The position numbers were made by a program, and so were the translations under genes. From Longimicrobiales bacterium (GTDB taxonomy: Bacteria; Gemmatimonadota; Gemmatimonadetes; Longimicrobiales; Gaopeijiaceae): a DNA stretch of 64,000 bases. The notes below the pieces were generated by a model. It was not told where the DNA came from, ran no database searches, and saw nothing but the letters and a program-made list of their open reading frames with translations. Below, one piece after another: positions 30,355-40,003 of the stretch. The first letter of the stretch is position 1, and each line of letters begins with the position of its first letter. The stretch is taken from the NCBI GenBank assembly GCA_965226375.1, contig CBDDCX010000007.1:160001-224000 (forward strand). The letters are read 5' to 3'.

Positions 30355-31734
30355 CTAGGAACCGCTCACGTCCGTATCATCCGTGTCGACCCGGCTCTGC
30401 TGAGCCCGGCCTAAGCCGACGCACAGCATCGCCCACGCCCCGGCCATCGGTACCGTCGCCGCCGCGACGGCCGCGAGGCCCATACCGAGTGCCGCGAACA
30501 ACCCGAATACCCCAGCCCCGGCCACATCGCCGCCCCGATAGACGAACACATCCACAACCGGCTTCGCCTTGTACTTCTCCGAGGGCGAGACCACACTGAA
30601 CAGGGTCTCACGGGCCGGCCTCGACACGGCGTACCGAGTCGCACGGTGAACAGCCTGAAAGATCGCCATTACACCGTAGACCGGCCAAATGGCCAGCGTC
30701 GCGAACCCTGCCATGGTCACAAGCGGTAGAATCGCGAGCGTCCACCCCACACCGATACGCTTGATCACCTGAGTGGTCACGAAGATCTGGGTGAGCAGAG
30801 TCGCGATCTGGGCCAACATGTCGAACTGTGCAAAGCCGGCCACTCGCTCGCTGAACGTATCCGTGTTTTCGAGAATGATGTTGGCCTGGGTGAAGTAGAT
30901 CAGGGTATTGGAGATGGCCATCAGCACAATGAAACCGCTGATTCCCAACAGGTACGGCGAGGTCGCGACGGCTTTGGCCCCCTCCCAAAACGTCCCCCCG
31001 ATTTGCTCACGATTCGAATCTCCGCCGTCATCTGTCAGCGTGCCCGGAGTAGCGGCAGCCGACAGTCGCGAATGGTCGGAAGCCACGGCGCGGCGATCCA
31101 GCGCCAACATGACGACGATGGCGGCCCCGAACAGAGCCGATCCGGTCAGCATGAGGCCCGCCGGCAGGTAGACCGATTCGGTCATTCCGCTGACGACATT
31201 GGTAGCCCATCCACCGATAAGCGCCCCCAGCGTCCCCCCGATGCCGATGAAGGCGAACAGTCTCTTGCCTTGGTCCACGTCGAATATGTCGACCATGAAG
31301 GCCCAGAAGACGCTGGTAACGAATAGGTTTATGGCGCTGAGCCAAACGAAGAATACGTAGCCGACGTACCGGGCGACCGAGGTCTCGGCGTCCGTCCCGA
31401 TCAGCCCACCCCCTGCGGCGGCATCCGCGATGAGCATCGCGGAAAACGCGAACAGGCAGAGGATCACGAACAGGTAGGCGACCGGGATGAACCGCCTACG
31501 ATCCATCCTGGCCACGACCCCGCCGAACGCGAGCACGATCACGAGGGATACGCCTGATGTACCCACGAACAGCCAGCGGAGATCGCTCATGCCCCGCGAG
31601 ACACCCATGGCGTCCCGCACGGGGCGGAGGAAGTAGTAACCGCACAGCACGCAGAAGAAGAAGAGCGCCGAGAACAGCGCGAGCGGCAGCTCTTCCTTCT
31701 TGATGTTCAGTAGGCGTGCGGCCGTGTCCGTCAA
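30355..31734 (-). CDS. MFS transporter, NTP/NDP exchange (Tlc-like) family
   Basis: YYFLRPVRD, FWAFM.DIF...QGKRLF, PARETLF, KYKAK..VD..VYRGGD; probable TTG start. Confidence 0.8.
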   Translation of the reverse strand: MTDTAARLLNIKKEELPLALFSALFFFCVLCGYYFLRPVRDAMGVSRGMSDLRWLFVGTSGVSLVIVLAFGGVVARMDRRRFIPVAYLFVILCLFAFSAMLIADAAAGGGLIGTDAETSVARYVGYVFFVWLSAINLFVTSVFWAFMVDIFDVDQGKRLFAFIGIGGTLGALIGGWATNVVSGMTESVYLPAGLMLTGSALFGAAIVVMLALDRRAVASDHSRLSAAATPGTLTDDGGDSNREQIGGTFWEGAKAVATSPYLLGISGFIVLMAISNTLIYFTQANIILENTDTFSERVAGFAQFDMLAQIATLLTQIFVTTQVIKRIGVGWTLAILPLVTMAGFATLAIWPVYGVMAIFQAVHRATRYAVSRPARETLFSVVSPSEKYKAKPVVDVFVYRGGDVAGAGVFGLFAALGMGLAAVAAATVPMAGAWAMLCVGLGRAQQSRVDTDDTDVSGS

Positions 31735-31811
31735 GATCGCTCTCCAGAAACTTGTAGGTGTAGGAGCCCCAGTCCCCGGAGTCCATCGGGCCATGGGCGC
31801 AACAAGCTAAC

Positions 31812-33269
31812 TCAGCTGATCGGCCGCCGCTCCCCCACGGGCCCGTTGTCCCAATCCTGGGCACTCGACACGTCCGGCACACCCCAATCGTCTCCGTTCC
31901 AGCCCTCGAAGCCGTCCATCTTGAACGCCCAGAAGCCCGTGGTGCCGTCGCTGATCACGATCAAACCATCGCTGTTCCGTACGTCGACCCCCCACGCACC
32001 ATTGCTCACTCCTCCCGGTCCCCGTGACTCATGAGGCCCGCTGTACGTGTAGTAGTAGCCGGTGGAGTAGGGGTTGGTCGGATCCATGACATTCACCACC
32101 TGTAGAGATTCTTCGTAACCGGCGATGAACACGTAAGGCCAACGGACCTCGAAGTTGTGGAGCGTGTTCGGCCAGGTCGATGTCCACGATCCGATCGGCC
32201 GCGTGATGTTCTGGACCGGCCCGTCGAGCCCGGGCTTCAGATCCCACACGAGCATCGGCTTCTCCCCGAGAGTCATGCTGAAGGCGAAGCGCCCGTCGGG
32301 TGTCGGGACGAATGTGTGGGCACCGGTCTGCCCCATGGCTCCGACGATCTGGGTGAGGAGTCGTGGATTGGCCACGTCAGTAACGTCGTATACGTACATG
32401 CCGCCGTCCATCGTGACCTCGGGCCCGGGACCATAGAACCGGTCTTGGCCGCTAGCCGGATGATAGCCCACGTAGATGTCGTGATAACCGTCCGCTGTGC
32501 CCCTCGGTTCGGGTAGCGGCACACTTCCCACCAGCCCGAAATTTGGATCACCGGCCAAAAAGCGCGCCATGTCGTAGATCACGACTCCGTAGGGGACGTT
32601 CCGTGGGGAGCGGGTCGTCGCGAAGAGAAGGGCCCGGCCGTCGGAGTGCTTGTACATGAAGATGTTGTGGAAGCCACTCGGGATCCCGTCTGGAGAGCGG
32701 ATTCTGCCCACTTCTTCGACCGTCGAGACGTCGGGGAGCCCGGTAACGTCGAACACGATGGCCCCCAGATCCGAGTCGGGACCTCCCTGACGGTAGGACG
32801 TGCCCTGAACGTAGTAGTAGCGCCCGTCGAGTTTGAAGTAGCGCCCATCCGAGGAGCCCCAACCCTGGTGCAACTCGGCGTTCTCGATCCTCCACGAGTA
32901 GATGACTTCCGCGTCTTCAGGATCTTCGAGGCTGATCACGTCGAAGCCGGAGGGCTGCCAACGCTTTCCCACATAGGCGAAGGGACGGGACATCTCCTGC
33001 TCGATTTCGATGTCCGTGACTCGCACAAACCCGCCGAGAGGAATGTGCGACAACACGTGGATATTCCGACTTCCCCGCATTCCCGGGGGCATGTTCTGCG
33101 GGCTCCCGGCGTACGGGGGATGCGGCCCGGGATCGCTCGGGTTCGTCTGAGCGATCAGGTCAGAGGTGCCGGCAAGGACAATGACCGCGAGCAGCGGCTT
33201 GGTGCCTCTAGCGGCTGATCCGAGCAGCTCGCAAAGACCAATACGACGAAAAACACGCAGGGTCGGCAT
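31812..33269 (-). CDS. Secreted LVIVD-repeat beta-propeller protein
   Basis: Signal-like N-terminus, repeated VYDVTD..NP units, His-containing motifs, NGAWGVDVR. Confidence 0.7.
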   Translation of the reverse strand: MPTLRVFRRIGLCELLGSAARGTKPLLAVIVLAGTSDLIAQTNPSDPGPHPPYAGSPQNMPPGMRGSRNIHVLSHIPLGGFVRVTDIEIEQEMSRPFAYVGKRWQPSGFDVISLEDPEDAEVIYSWRIENAELHQGWGSSDGRYFKLDGRYYYVQGTSYRQGGPDSDLGAIVFDVTGLPDVSTVEEVGRIRSPDGIPSGFHNIFMYKHSDGRALLFATTRSPRNVPYGVVIYDMARFLAGDPNFGLVGSVPLPEPRGTADGYHDIYVGYHPASGQDRFYGPGPEVTMDGGMYVYDVTDVANPRLLTQIVGAMGQTGAHTFVPTPDGRFAFSMTLGEKPMLVWDLKPGLDGPVQNITRPIGSWTSTWPNTLHNFEVRWPYVFIAGYEESLQVVNVMDPTNPYSTGYYYTYSGPHESRGPGGVSNGAWGVDVRNSDGLIVISDGTTGFWAFKMDGFEGWNGDDWGVPDVSSAQDWDNGPVGERRPIS

Positions 33270-33386
33270 GGCAGTCACCTCCATCAGCAGGCCTCGAGCC
33301 CTACGCTCGTGGCTACGTGATGGTACGCCGCTTCACCCAAGTACGCACGCCAGCAAGACGCACTGGGGGCATGTGGCGCCGCGGTA

Positions 33387-34667
33387 CTAAACCAGCATGG
33401 CTGCCGGCTCTTCCAGCATCTCCCGTAGGGTAGCCAGGAACGCCGCACCCGTGGCACCGTCGATCACCCGGTGATCGCAGCTCATGGTGATGCGCATGCG
33501 ACTGCGGACGACGACCTGACCGTCCTCGACGACGGGAGTCTCCTCCACGCCTCCGATGGCCAGAATCCCGGCTTCCGGCGGATTGATCACAGCCGTGAAT
33601 TCGTGAATGCCGAACATGCCGAGGTTCGAGATGGAGAATGTGGCCCCGGTGTACTCCTCGGGCTTGAGCTTCCGCTCCCGAGCACGACCGGCCATCTCCC
33701 TGACTTCCGCCCCGATCTGTGCCACACCCTTGGCATCCGCGTCTCTCACGACGGGCGTGATGAGGCCATCTTCGACCGCCACCGCAACGCCTATGTGCAC
33801 GCGGTTGAAACGACGGATGGAATCGCCGAGCCAGTGGGCGTTACACGCCGGATGCCGGCGCAGGGTGGCGGCTGTGGCTCGAATGATGAGGTCGTTCAGT
33901 GAGATCTTGCGGCCTTCTTTTTCCAGCATGGCGTTGATGCTGCGTCGCGCCTCGATGGCCCGACCCATATCCACATCGATGGTCAGGAAAAAGTGCGGCA
34001 CCGGACCGATGGACTCGGCGAGCCGCCGGGCAATCGTCTGCCTCATTTGGCTGAGGGAAAGGTCTTCGTAATCGGCGTCCGAAGCGGGTGCCGAAGCCAC
34101 CGGGCTCGGGGTCGGTGCAGCCACTCCCTCGGTCAGAGCGACCTCGATGTCGCGCTTGACGATGCGGCCGGCGGGTCCCGATCCGGAAACGGCCGACAGG
34201 TCCACACCCGCGTCGGCGGCCAGTCGCTTGGCGAGTGGGGAGGCCTTGATCCTACCGCCCTCCGAGGTCGGTGGGGCTTCGGACGTCTGCGGGGCTTGGG
34301 TCCGTGGGGCCTCGGTCGTCAGAGCAGCGGGAGCCTCTGCCGCGGCGTCAGAGGGCTCGGCAGGAGCCGCCGTGTCAGCCGCCTCGGCCGGCCCCCCTGC
34401 ACTCGCACCGAACTCGGAAATGTCCTCGTCGGGACCCGCGATGACCGCAATCACGTCTCCGACCGGAGCCGTGGCGCCCTCCGCCACCAGGATGACGCGG
34501 AGGACCCCGTCCCCGCGAGCCGACAACTCCATAGTAGCCTTGTCCGTCTCGATCTCGGCGATGATATCGCCGCTGGTGACCGAGTCTCCTTCGGACTTGA
34601 GCCACTTCACGACCTGCCCCTCTTCCATGGTGGGGGAGAGGGCCTCCATGTGCACTTTAGTCGGCAT
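33387..34667 (-). CDS. pdhC: Pyruvate dehydrogenase E2
   Basis: Start MPTKVHM; lipoyl motif ETDKA, KASPLA, DHRVIDG. Confidence 0.94.
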   Translation of the reverse strand: MPTKVHMEALSPTMEEGQVVKWLKSEGDSVTSGDIIAEIETDKATMELSARGDGVLRVILVAEGATAPVGDVIAVIAGPDEDISEFGASAGGPAEAADTAAPAEPSDAAAEAPAALTTEAPRTQAPQTSEAPPTSEGGRIKASPLAKRLAADAGVDLSAVSGSGPAGRIVKRDIEVALTEGVAAPTPSPVASAPASDADYEDLSLSQMRQTIARRLAESIGPVPHFFLTIDVDMGRAIEARRSINAMLEKEGRKISLNDLIIRATAATLRRHPACNAHWLGDSIRRFNRVHIGVAVAVEDGLITPVVRDADAKGVAQIGAEVREMAGRARERKLKPEEYTGATFSISNLGMFGIHEFTAVINPPEAGILAIGGVEETPVVEDGQVVVRSRMRITMSCDHRVIDGATGAAFLATLREMLEEPAAMLV

Positions 34668-35640
34668 AAAGCACCTTCTTGCACGCCTCCACGACGCGTC
34701 CGGCGCTTGGCTTGGTCCAGGCCTCGAGCTTCTTGTTGTACGGCATCGGGATGTCGGCCTGTGTGACGCGCAGCACCGGCGCGTCGAGATCGTCGAAGGC
34801 CTCTTCCATGAGGATGGAGACGATCTGGGCGCCGATCCCCACGTAGGGAAAGCCGTCCTCCACGTAGACGGCCCGGTTGGTTCTCGCCACGGTCTCCAGA
34901 ATGGCGTCCACGTCGAGTGGACGGAGGGACCGAAGGTCCAGCACGTCGGCCTCGATGCCTTCCTTGGCCAATTGCGCCGCGGCCTGAAGAGCGACGTGCA
35001 CCATCCTGCCATGGGTGATGATGGACACGTCGTCGCCCTCGCGCTTCCGGTCCGCAACACCCAGGGGCACGATGAAGTCGTCGTCGTCGGGAACTTCGCC
35101 CTTCAGGTTGTAGAGGAGCTCCCCCTCCATGACCGCCACGGGGTCGTTGTCCCGGATGGCGGCCTTGAGCAGACCTTTTGCATCCGCGGGCGTGGCCGGC
35201 GTGACGAGCTTGACCCCGGGCGCATGGACATACCACGTCTCGCAGGCCTGGGAGTGCTGGGCGCCGAGCTGGAGGGCGGCGCCGGTCGGCCCCCGGAAAA
35301 CCATCGGAACGCCGATCTCGCCATTGCTCATGTGGAGCATCTTCGCGGCGCTGTTGATCACTTGGTCCAGAGCCAGGATCGAGAAGTTGAACGTCATGAA
35401 CTCCACGACCGGCCTGAGGCCGACCATGGCCGCGCCGACGCCGAGCCCAGTAAACCCGAGCTCGCTGATGGGTGTGTCCACGACACGCTTGTCGCCAAAG
35501 CGTTCGAGAAGGCCCTTGGAGACCTTATATGCACCATCGTACTCGGCCACCTCTTCGCCCAGAAGGAAGACGGAGTCGTCTCGGTCCATCTCCTCGGCGA
35601 GAGCTTGGTTCAGGGCCTCTCTATAGGTCAGTTCAGCCAT
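34657..35640 (-). CDS. pdhB: Pyruvate dehydrogenase E1 beta
   Basis: GEEVAEYDGAYKVS, DTPISE, EFMTFNF, AQHSQ. Confidence 0.95.
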   Translation of the reverse strand: MAELTYREALNQALAEEMDRDDSVFLLGEEVAEYDGAYKVSKGLLERFGDKRVVDTPISELGFTGLGVGAAMVGLRPVVEFMTFNFSILALDQVINSAAKMLHMSNGEIGVPMVFRGPTGAALQLGAQHSQACETWYVHAPGVKLVTPATPADAKGLLKAAIRDNDPVAVMEGELLYNLKGEVPDDDDFIVPLGVADRKREGDDVSIITHGRMVHVALQAAAQLAKEGIEADVLDLRSLRPLDVDAILETVARTNRAVYVEDGFPYVGIGAQIVSILMEEAFDDLDAPVLRVTQADIPMPYNKKLEAWTKPSAGRVVEACKKVLYAD

Positions 35641-35688
35641 CGGACGTTTCAGCCATTGGACGTTTCAGCCATTGGACGTTTCAGCCAT
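35632..35688 (-). repeat. About 3.5 copies of a 16-bp tandem repeat containing the pdhB start
   Basis: Minus strand reads ATGGCTGAAACGTCCA x2, ATGGCTGAAACGTCCG, ATGGCTGAA(CTG). Confidence 0.92.
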
Positions 35689-35699
35689 CGGTCGCTCGG

Positions 35700-36764
35700 T
35701 TACCGGTCTCGGCCGTCGAAGAATAGACGGCCGTGCGGGTTGATCTCTGAGTAGACGTGGTCGTAGAGGCCGGCAGGATCGGGGTCGGGTGCCGCTTCGG
35801 CGAACTCGTCTGCAGCGGCGACCACTTTCCCGACCTCGGCGTCAATGGCCTCGAGCCCCCCCTGGTCGAGAAGCTTTGCAGCAAACAGCCGATCCCGCAG
35901 AATCTTGATGGGATCGGCGTTCTCCGTCCGGTCGTCCACCTCTTCTTTGGACCGGTAGGTGCCCGACACCGGATCCGACATCGAGTGGCCCTTGAAGCGG
36001 TAGCACTGCAGGTCCACGAAGTGGGGGCCGGCCCCGGCTCGCACGCCCGTGACGATCTCGTCGAACGCCTTGAGCGTAGCGATAACATCCTGTCCGTCCA
36101 CGATGGTCGCCGGAACGCCGTGCGACGCCGCCTTGGTCACCATGTCCGTGTCCGAGACCCGAGAGAACTTGGTTCCCATTCCGTACGCGTTATTTTCCAC
36201 CACGTAAATCACCGGCAGGTCCCAGATAGCCGCCATGTTCATGGACTCGTGGAACATGCCCTGGTTCACGGCCGCGTCCCCCATGAAACACATGCAGACC
36301 TGATCCCCGCCCCGGTAGTGAATGGCCCAGGCCATGCCCAAAGCAAGACCGGTCTGTCCACCGACGATGCCGTGACCACCCATGAAGCCCACGTCGGCGC
36401 CGAAGATGTGCATGGAGCCGCCCATGCCACCGGACGATCCGCTAGCCTTGCCGTAGAGCTCCGCCATGACCGCGTCCGCTGACAGGCCCTTGGCGAGCGC
36501 CTGCGTATGATCCCGGTAAGCAGTGATGACGTAGTCGTCCTTCCGAAGCGGAAGAATGGACCCCGCAGGGGTCGCCTCCTGCCCGATGTGCAGGTGACAG
36601 AATCCGCCGATCTTCCCGATGGCGTACCCCTCCTCGGCCTTCTCCTCAAAACGCCGATAGAGCAGCATTTCGCGGAGAATGTGGAGAAGCTGATCCTTAG
36701 AGAATCCATCCAACTCGGGACCCCCGTTGGTCGCCTTCCTTGCTGCGGTCTTAGGCTCTGTCAT
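35700..36764 (-). CDS. pdhA: Pyruvate dehydrogenase E1 alpha
   Basis: GGFCHLHIGQE, GGSMH, GDAA..N, YRFKGHSMSDP. Confidence 0.95.
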   Translation of the reverse strand: MTEPKTAARKATNGGPELDGFSKDQLLHILREMLLYRRFEEKAEEGYAIGKIGGFCHLHIGQEATPAGSILPLRKDDYVITAYRDHTQALAKGLSADAVMAELYGKASGSSGGMGGSMHIFGADVGFMGGHGIVGGQTGLALGMAWAIHYRGGDQVCMCFMGDAAVNQGMFHESMNMAAIWDLPVIYVVENNAYGMGTKFSRVSDTDMVTKAASHGVPATIVDGQDVIATLKAFDEIVTGVRAGAGPHFVDLQCYRFKGHSMSDPVSGTYRSKEEVDDRTENADPIKILRDRLFAAKLLDQGGLEAIDAEVGKVVAAADEFAEAAPDPDPAGLYDHVYSEINPHGRLFFDGRDR

Positions 36765-37945
36765 CTGTTCGTCCCATTCGAGCCCGTAGCCGGCCGGCCG
36801 GGTCGGCCCATCTCGAGTTGCACGAGGTCGAGTCCCGGCAGCACTTCTCCGGGCGGGGGGATGTCGGCCTCGAGCACCCTCTGAATGCGGCCGACCGCTC
36901 CGGCCTCGACTTCACGGGCCTGCTCCTTGGCGTGATAGCTCGAACGCACCAGCGGACCCGCCTCCACGTGCTTGAAGCCGTACGTCTCCTCACCTACGCG
37001 CTTCCACTCGGCAAATTCATCGGGCGTGACCCAGCGGGCCACCGGAATATGCTGGAGTGAGGGTCGTAGATATTGGCCCAACGTTAGGATGTCCACGGCG
37101 GCCTCACGCAGATCCTTCATGGCCTCGTGAATCTCGGGCGCCTCTTCTCCCATGCCGAGGATGATGCCGGTCTTGGTCAGCATGGAGGCGTCGATGCGCT
37201 TGGCGGCTCCGAGAAAGGAAATGGAGCGCCAGTAACGGCCACCGGGCCGGACCTCGGGATGGATCCGCTCGACGGTCTCGAGATTGTGGCCGAGGATGGC
37301 CGGCTTGGCATCTTGCACGACCCGCAGGGCCTTCTCGTCGCCCTTGAAATCGGGGATGAGCACTTCCACCGAACAGCGAGGGACCAAAGTATGGATCCGC
37401 CGGATGGTGTCGGCGTAGATGCCGGCCCCTCCATCGGGCAGCTCGTCACGATTCACGCTCGTGATCACCACGTGTTCGAGCGACATGGTCCGCACCGACT
37501 CTGCGACCCGTCTTGGTTCGTCGAGGTCGAGCTCCGTAGGTAGCCCGTGCGCCACAGCACAGTACTTGCACGCCCGGGTGCAGACGTCTCCCAGAATCAT
37601 GAAAGTGGCGGTCCCGGCCTCCCAGCACTCCCCGATGTTCGGGCAGCCGGCCTCTTCGCAGACCGTGTGGAGGGACTGGGTCCGCATGAGACTCTTAAGA
37701 CGCAGATACTCGGAACCCCCCGGCGACCGCACCTTCAGCCACAGGGGCTTTCGGTCCCGAATCGGGATCGTATCCAAACCCTCATGGGCTCTGATCCTGG
37801 AGTGGCCCTTGGGCTTGACGACTCCCGTGTCCTTGCCATTCGGGGCATAACCCCCGGGCGCTTCAGTAAGAGTTCTCGACACCTGCGACCTATGCTTGGG
37901 ATAAATCCGATGCGCGACCCGAGAGGCCGGCGCTGACCGAGCCAA
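36761..37945 (-). CDS. lipA: Lipoyl synthase (start uncertain)
   Basis: CEEAGCPNIGEC, CTRACKYC, VRSSYHA. Confidence 0.95.
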   Translation of the reverse strand: MARSAPASRVAHRIYPKHRSQVSRTLTEAPGGYAPNGKDTGVVKPKGHSRIRAHEGLDTIPIRDRKPLWLKVRSPGGSEYLRLKSLMRTQSLHTVCEEAGCPNIGECWEAGTATFMILGDVCTRACKYCAVAHGLPTELDLDEPRRVAESVRTMSLEHVVITSVNRDELPDGGAGIYADTIRRIHTLVPRCSVEVLIPDFKGDEKALRVVQDAKPAILGHNLETVERIHPEVRPGGRYWRSISFLGAAKRIDASMLTKTGIILGMGEEAPEIHEAMKDLREAAVDILTLGQYLRPSLQHIPVARWVTPDEFAEWKRVGEETYGFKHVEAGPLVRSSYHAKEQAREVEAGAVGRIQRVLEADIPPPGEVLPGLDLVQLEMGRPGRPATGSNGTNR

Positions 37946-37970
37946 TAAAGAAAGCGTCTCCCTCAGGGCG

Positions 37971-39107
37971 TCACAACCCTATTCCGAGACTACGCACCAG
38001 GTAGCCCAGTCCGAAGCCCACGTAGTTCCCGACGGCGTAGCCCAGGAGGCCCACCGCGATACCCGGAAGGACCAACTCATTCCACTCCCGCGCGATGGCG
38101 ACGGCCACCGCGCTGGAGGGTCCGCCGACCGGCGCCTGCGAAGCCACACTCACGGTCCCGATGTCCATTCCCAGAAGTCGGCCCATACCGTACACGACCA
38201 CACCGTGTACCCCCACGACCACCGCCGTATAGAAGAAGACGGCGACTCCCACCAGGAGAATCATGTCGATTCTTGAGTAGATGCCGATGATGACGAAGAA
38301 GAAGTGGAGAGCCAGAGAGCCGAGCTGCATGGCGCCCGGAGCACTCTTGAACGGCCCGACGTGGCCCACGATCAAGGCGAACGTCGTCAACCACAGAACC
38401 GACGGAACGGCGGGGATGACCGTGCCCATCCAGTCGGCCGCTACGAGGAGGACGAAGCCTACCGCGATGAGCGACGCGAGGTCCAACGTGGAGAGGGGGA
38501 CGCGCGAGAAAAAGGGATGATCGACCTCGCCCCCTGACTGCTTTCCAGCGCCGGGAACCGGTGTCGGGTAGAACCGGACCAACAACAGTGGCAAGACCAG
38601 ATTCGCGCCGAGCCAGATAGCCGTCATGGCGTTGTCGGCGGCCGTGGCACCTGCGAAGAGCACGTCGGGCAGACCCAGTCCTCTCCCCACGGCCACGAAG
38701 TTCACTCCACCACCGGAGTACGTCCCGGTCAGGGTTCCAGCAAGCTTCCACGTCTCAGCCTCGAAGCGCCCGGCGAAGATCAGGGCGCCCACGAATGCTC
38801 CGAGGGCCGTCCCGGTCACGGCGATGGCAAAAGCACCCACCATGCGGCGGCCGGCCTTCTTGAGGTCGGCCAGGTTGACCGCCAGAAGCAGCCATGCGAT
38901 GGCCAGGGAGGTGACCGATCCGCTGATGGTCTCGTAGATGGGCGAGGCGGCCGCCACGATTCCCAGGTTGGACAGGAGGGCGCCGAAGAGGATCGCCAGC
39001 AGCGAAGCGCCCAGTTTGGAGAGGGCAGCCACCTTGTAGTCGAGCAGAAACGCGAGGGCCGTGGCGGCAGTGACGACCGCGGTCAGCAGGAGCGGGGACT
39101 CGATCAA
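37971..39107 (-). CDS. DUF819-type membrane protein
   Basis: TYSGGGVNF, ASQA.VGGP, GLLGYAVGNY; many TM helices. Confidence 0.8.
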   Translation of the reverse strand: MIESPLLLTAVVTAATALAFLLDYKVAALSKLGASLLAILFGALLSNLGIVAAASPIYETISGSVTSLAIAWLLLAVNLADLKKAGRRMVGAFAIAVTGTALGAFVGALIFAGRFEAETWKLAGTLTGTYSGGGVNFVAVGRGLGLPDVLFAGATAADNAMTAIWLGANLVLPLLLVRFYPTPVPGAGKQSGGEVDHPFFSRVPLSTLDLASLIAVGFVLLVAADWMGTVIPAVPSVLWLTTFALIVGHVGPFKSAPGAMQLGSLALHFFFVIIGIYSRIDMILLVGVAVFFYTAVVVGVHGVVVYGMGRLLGMDIGTVSVASQAPVGGPSSAVAVAIAREWNELVLPGIAVGLLGYAVGNYVGFGLGYLVRSLGIGL

Positions 39108-40003
39108 GGACGCTCTCCTTCAGATGTGTCCTGATCGACATGCGCTGCAGATCCGGCGTCATCCTTACGACGCCGCGGGTGGGCACCGGGCCCGTGAGGC
39201 TGGCATTCGAGCACATGGGAGACGGCGTCTGCCGGAGAATCGGTGATGAAGATCAGATCGAGGTCCTCTGCCGAGATCTTCTTCTCCACTACGAGACGTT
39301 CCCTCATCCATGCCATGAGCCCCGACCAATACTCCGTCCCGAACAGGACGACGGGGAAGTTCCTGACCTTACCGGTCTGTATCAGCGTCAGTGCCTCGAA
39401 GAGTTCGTCCATGGTCCCGAATCCTCCGGGGAAAATCACGAACGCCTGGGCATACTTCATGAACATGGTTTTTCGGACGAAGAAGTACCGGAAATCCAAG
39501 CCCAGGTCGACGAATTCGTTCAGCCCCTGCTCGAACGGAAGCTCGATATTACACCCGACCGAGGGTACGCCGGCCGCCCGGGCCCCGCGGTTGGCGGCTT
39601 CCATGTTGCCCGGCCCCCCTCCCGTGATGATGCCAAAGCCCGCCTCGCCCATGAGGCGAGCGGTATCGACGCACTCCTGGTAAACGGGATCAGCCGCGGT
39701 CAGCCGTGTCGATCCGAAGAAGGAGACACACGGGCCCAAGTCGCTCAGTTCCTCGAATCCGTCGACGAACTCACCGAGAATCCGAAAGACGCGCCAGGAC
39801 TCCCGCCCACCGCGGAGAAGTCCACGCTCTTCGAGCTCGTCCACCGTAGACTGGAGGAATCGCTCGTCCTCCGTCTCCTTGGAGTAGGGTGGAGGGGGAA
39901 CGACCGTCCGGTCCGGCGCCTCTGTGCTTTCGTCGCTCACAATGTCACCTCGTTCAAGTTCGCCCGGAGAGCCACTCTCCGGTTCGGCGGAGGCTCTCTT
40001 CAT
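39104..40003 (-). CDS. LOG-family nucleotide monophosphate nucleosidase (start uncertain)
   Basis: TGGGPG.MEAANRGA, YFFVRK, PGGFGTMDE. Confidence 0.9.
   Translation of the reverse strand: MKRASAEPESGSPGELERGDIVSDESTEAPDRTVVPPPPYSKETEDERFLQSTVDELEERGLLRGGRESWRVFRILGEFVDGFEELSDLGPCVSFFGSTRLTAADPVYQECVDTARLMGEAGFGIITGGGPGNMEAANRGARAAGVPSVGCNIELPFEQGLNEFVDLGLDFRYFFVRKTMFMKYAQAFVIFPGGFGTMDELFEALTLIQTGKVRNFPVVLFGTEYWSGLMAWMRERLVVEKKISAEDLDLIFITDSPADAVSHVLECQPHGPGAHPRRRKDDAGSAAHVDQDTSEGERP

Noticed and set aside
33387..35060. 557-aa E2 as given in the ORF track
   Set aside because: The first 131 codons overlap pdhB; the lipoyl domain starts at 34667
35632..35688. Possible CRISPR array or N-terminal extension of PdhB
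   Set aside because: No spacers; the in-frame upstream ATG at 35688 reaches TGA after 7 codons
34147..35754. Long antisense ORFs (also 14826-16298, 24281-25546, 42415-44202, 60545-61684)
   Set aside because: Shadow frames of well-supported genes in high-GC DNA; no recognisable motifs
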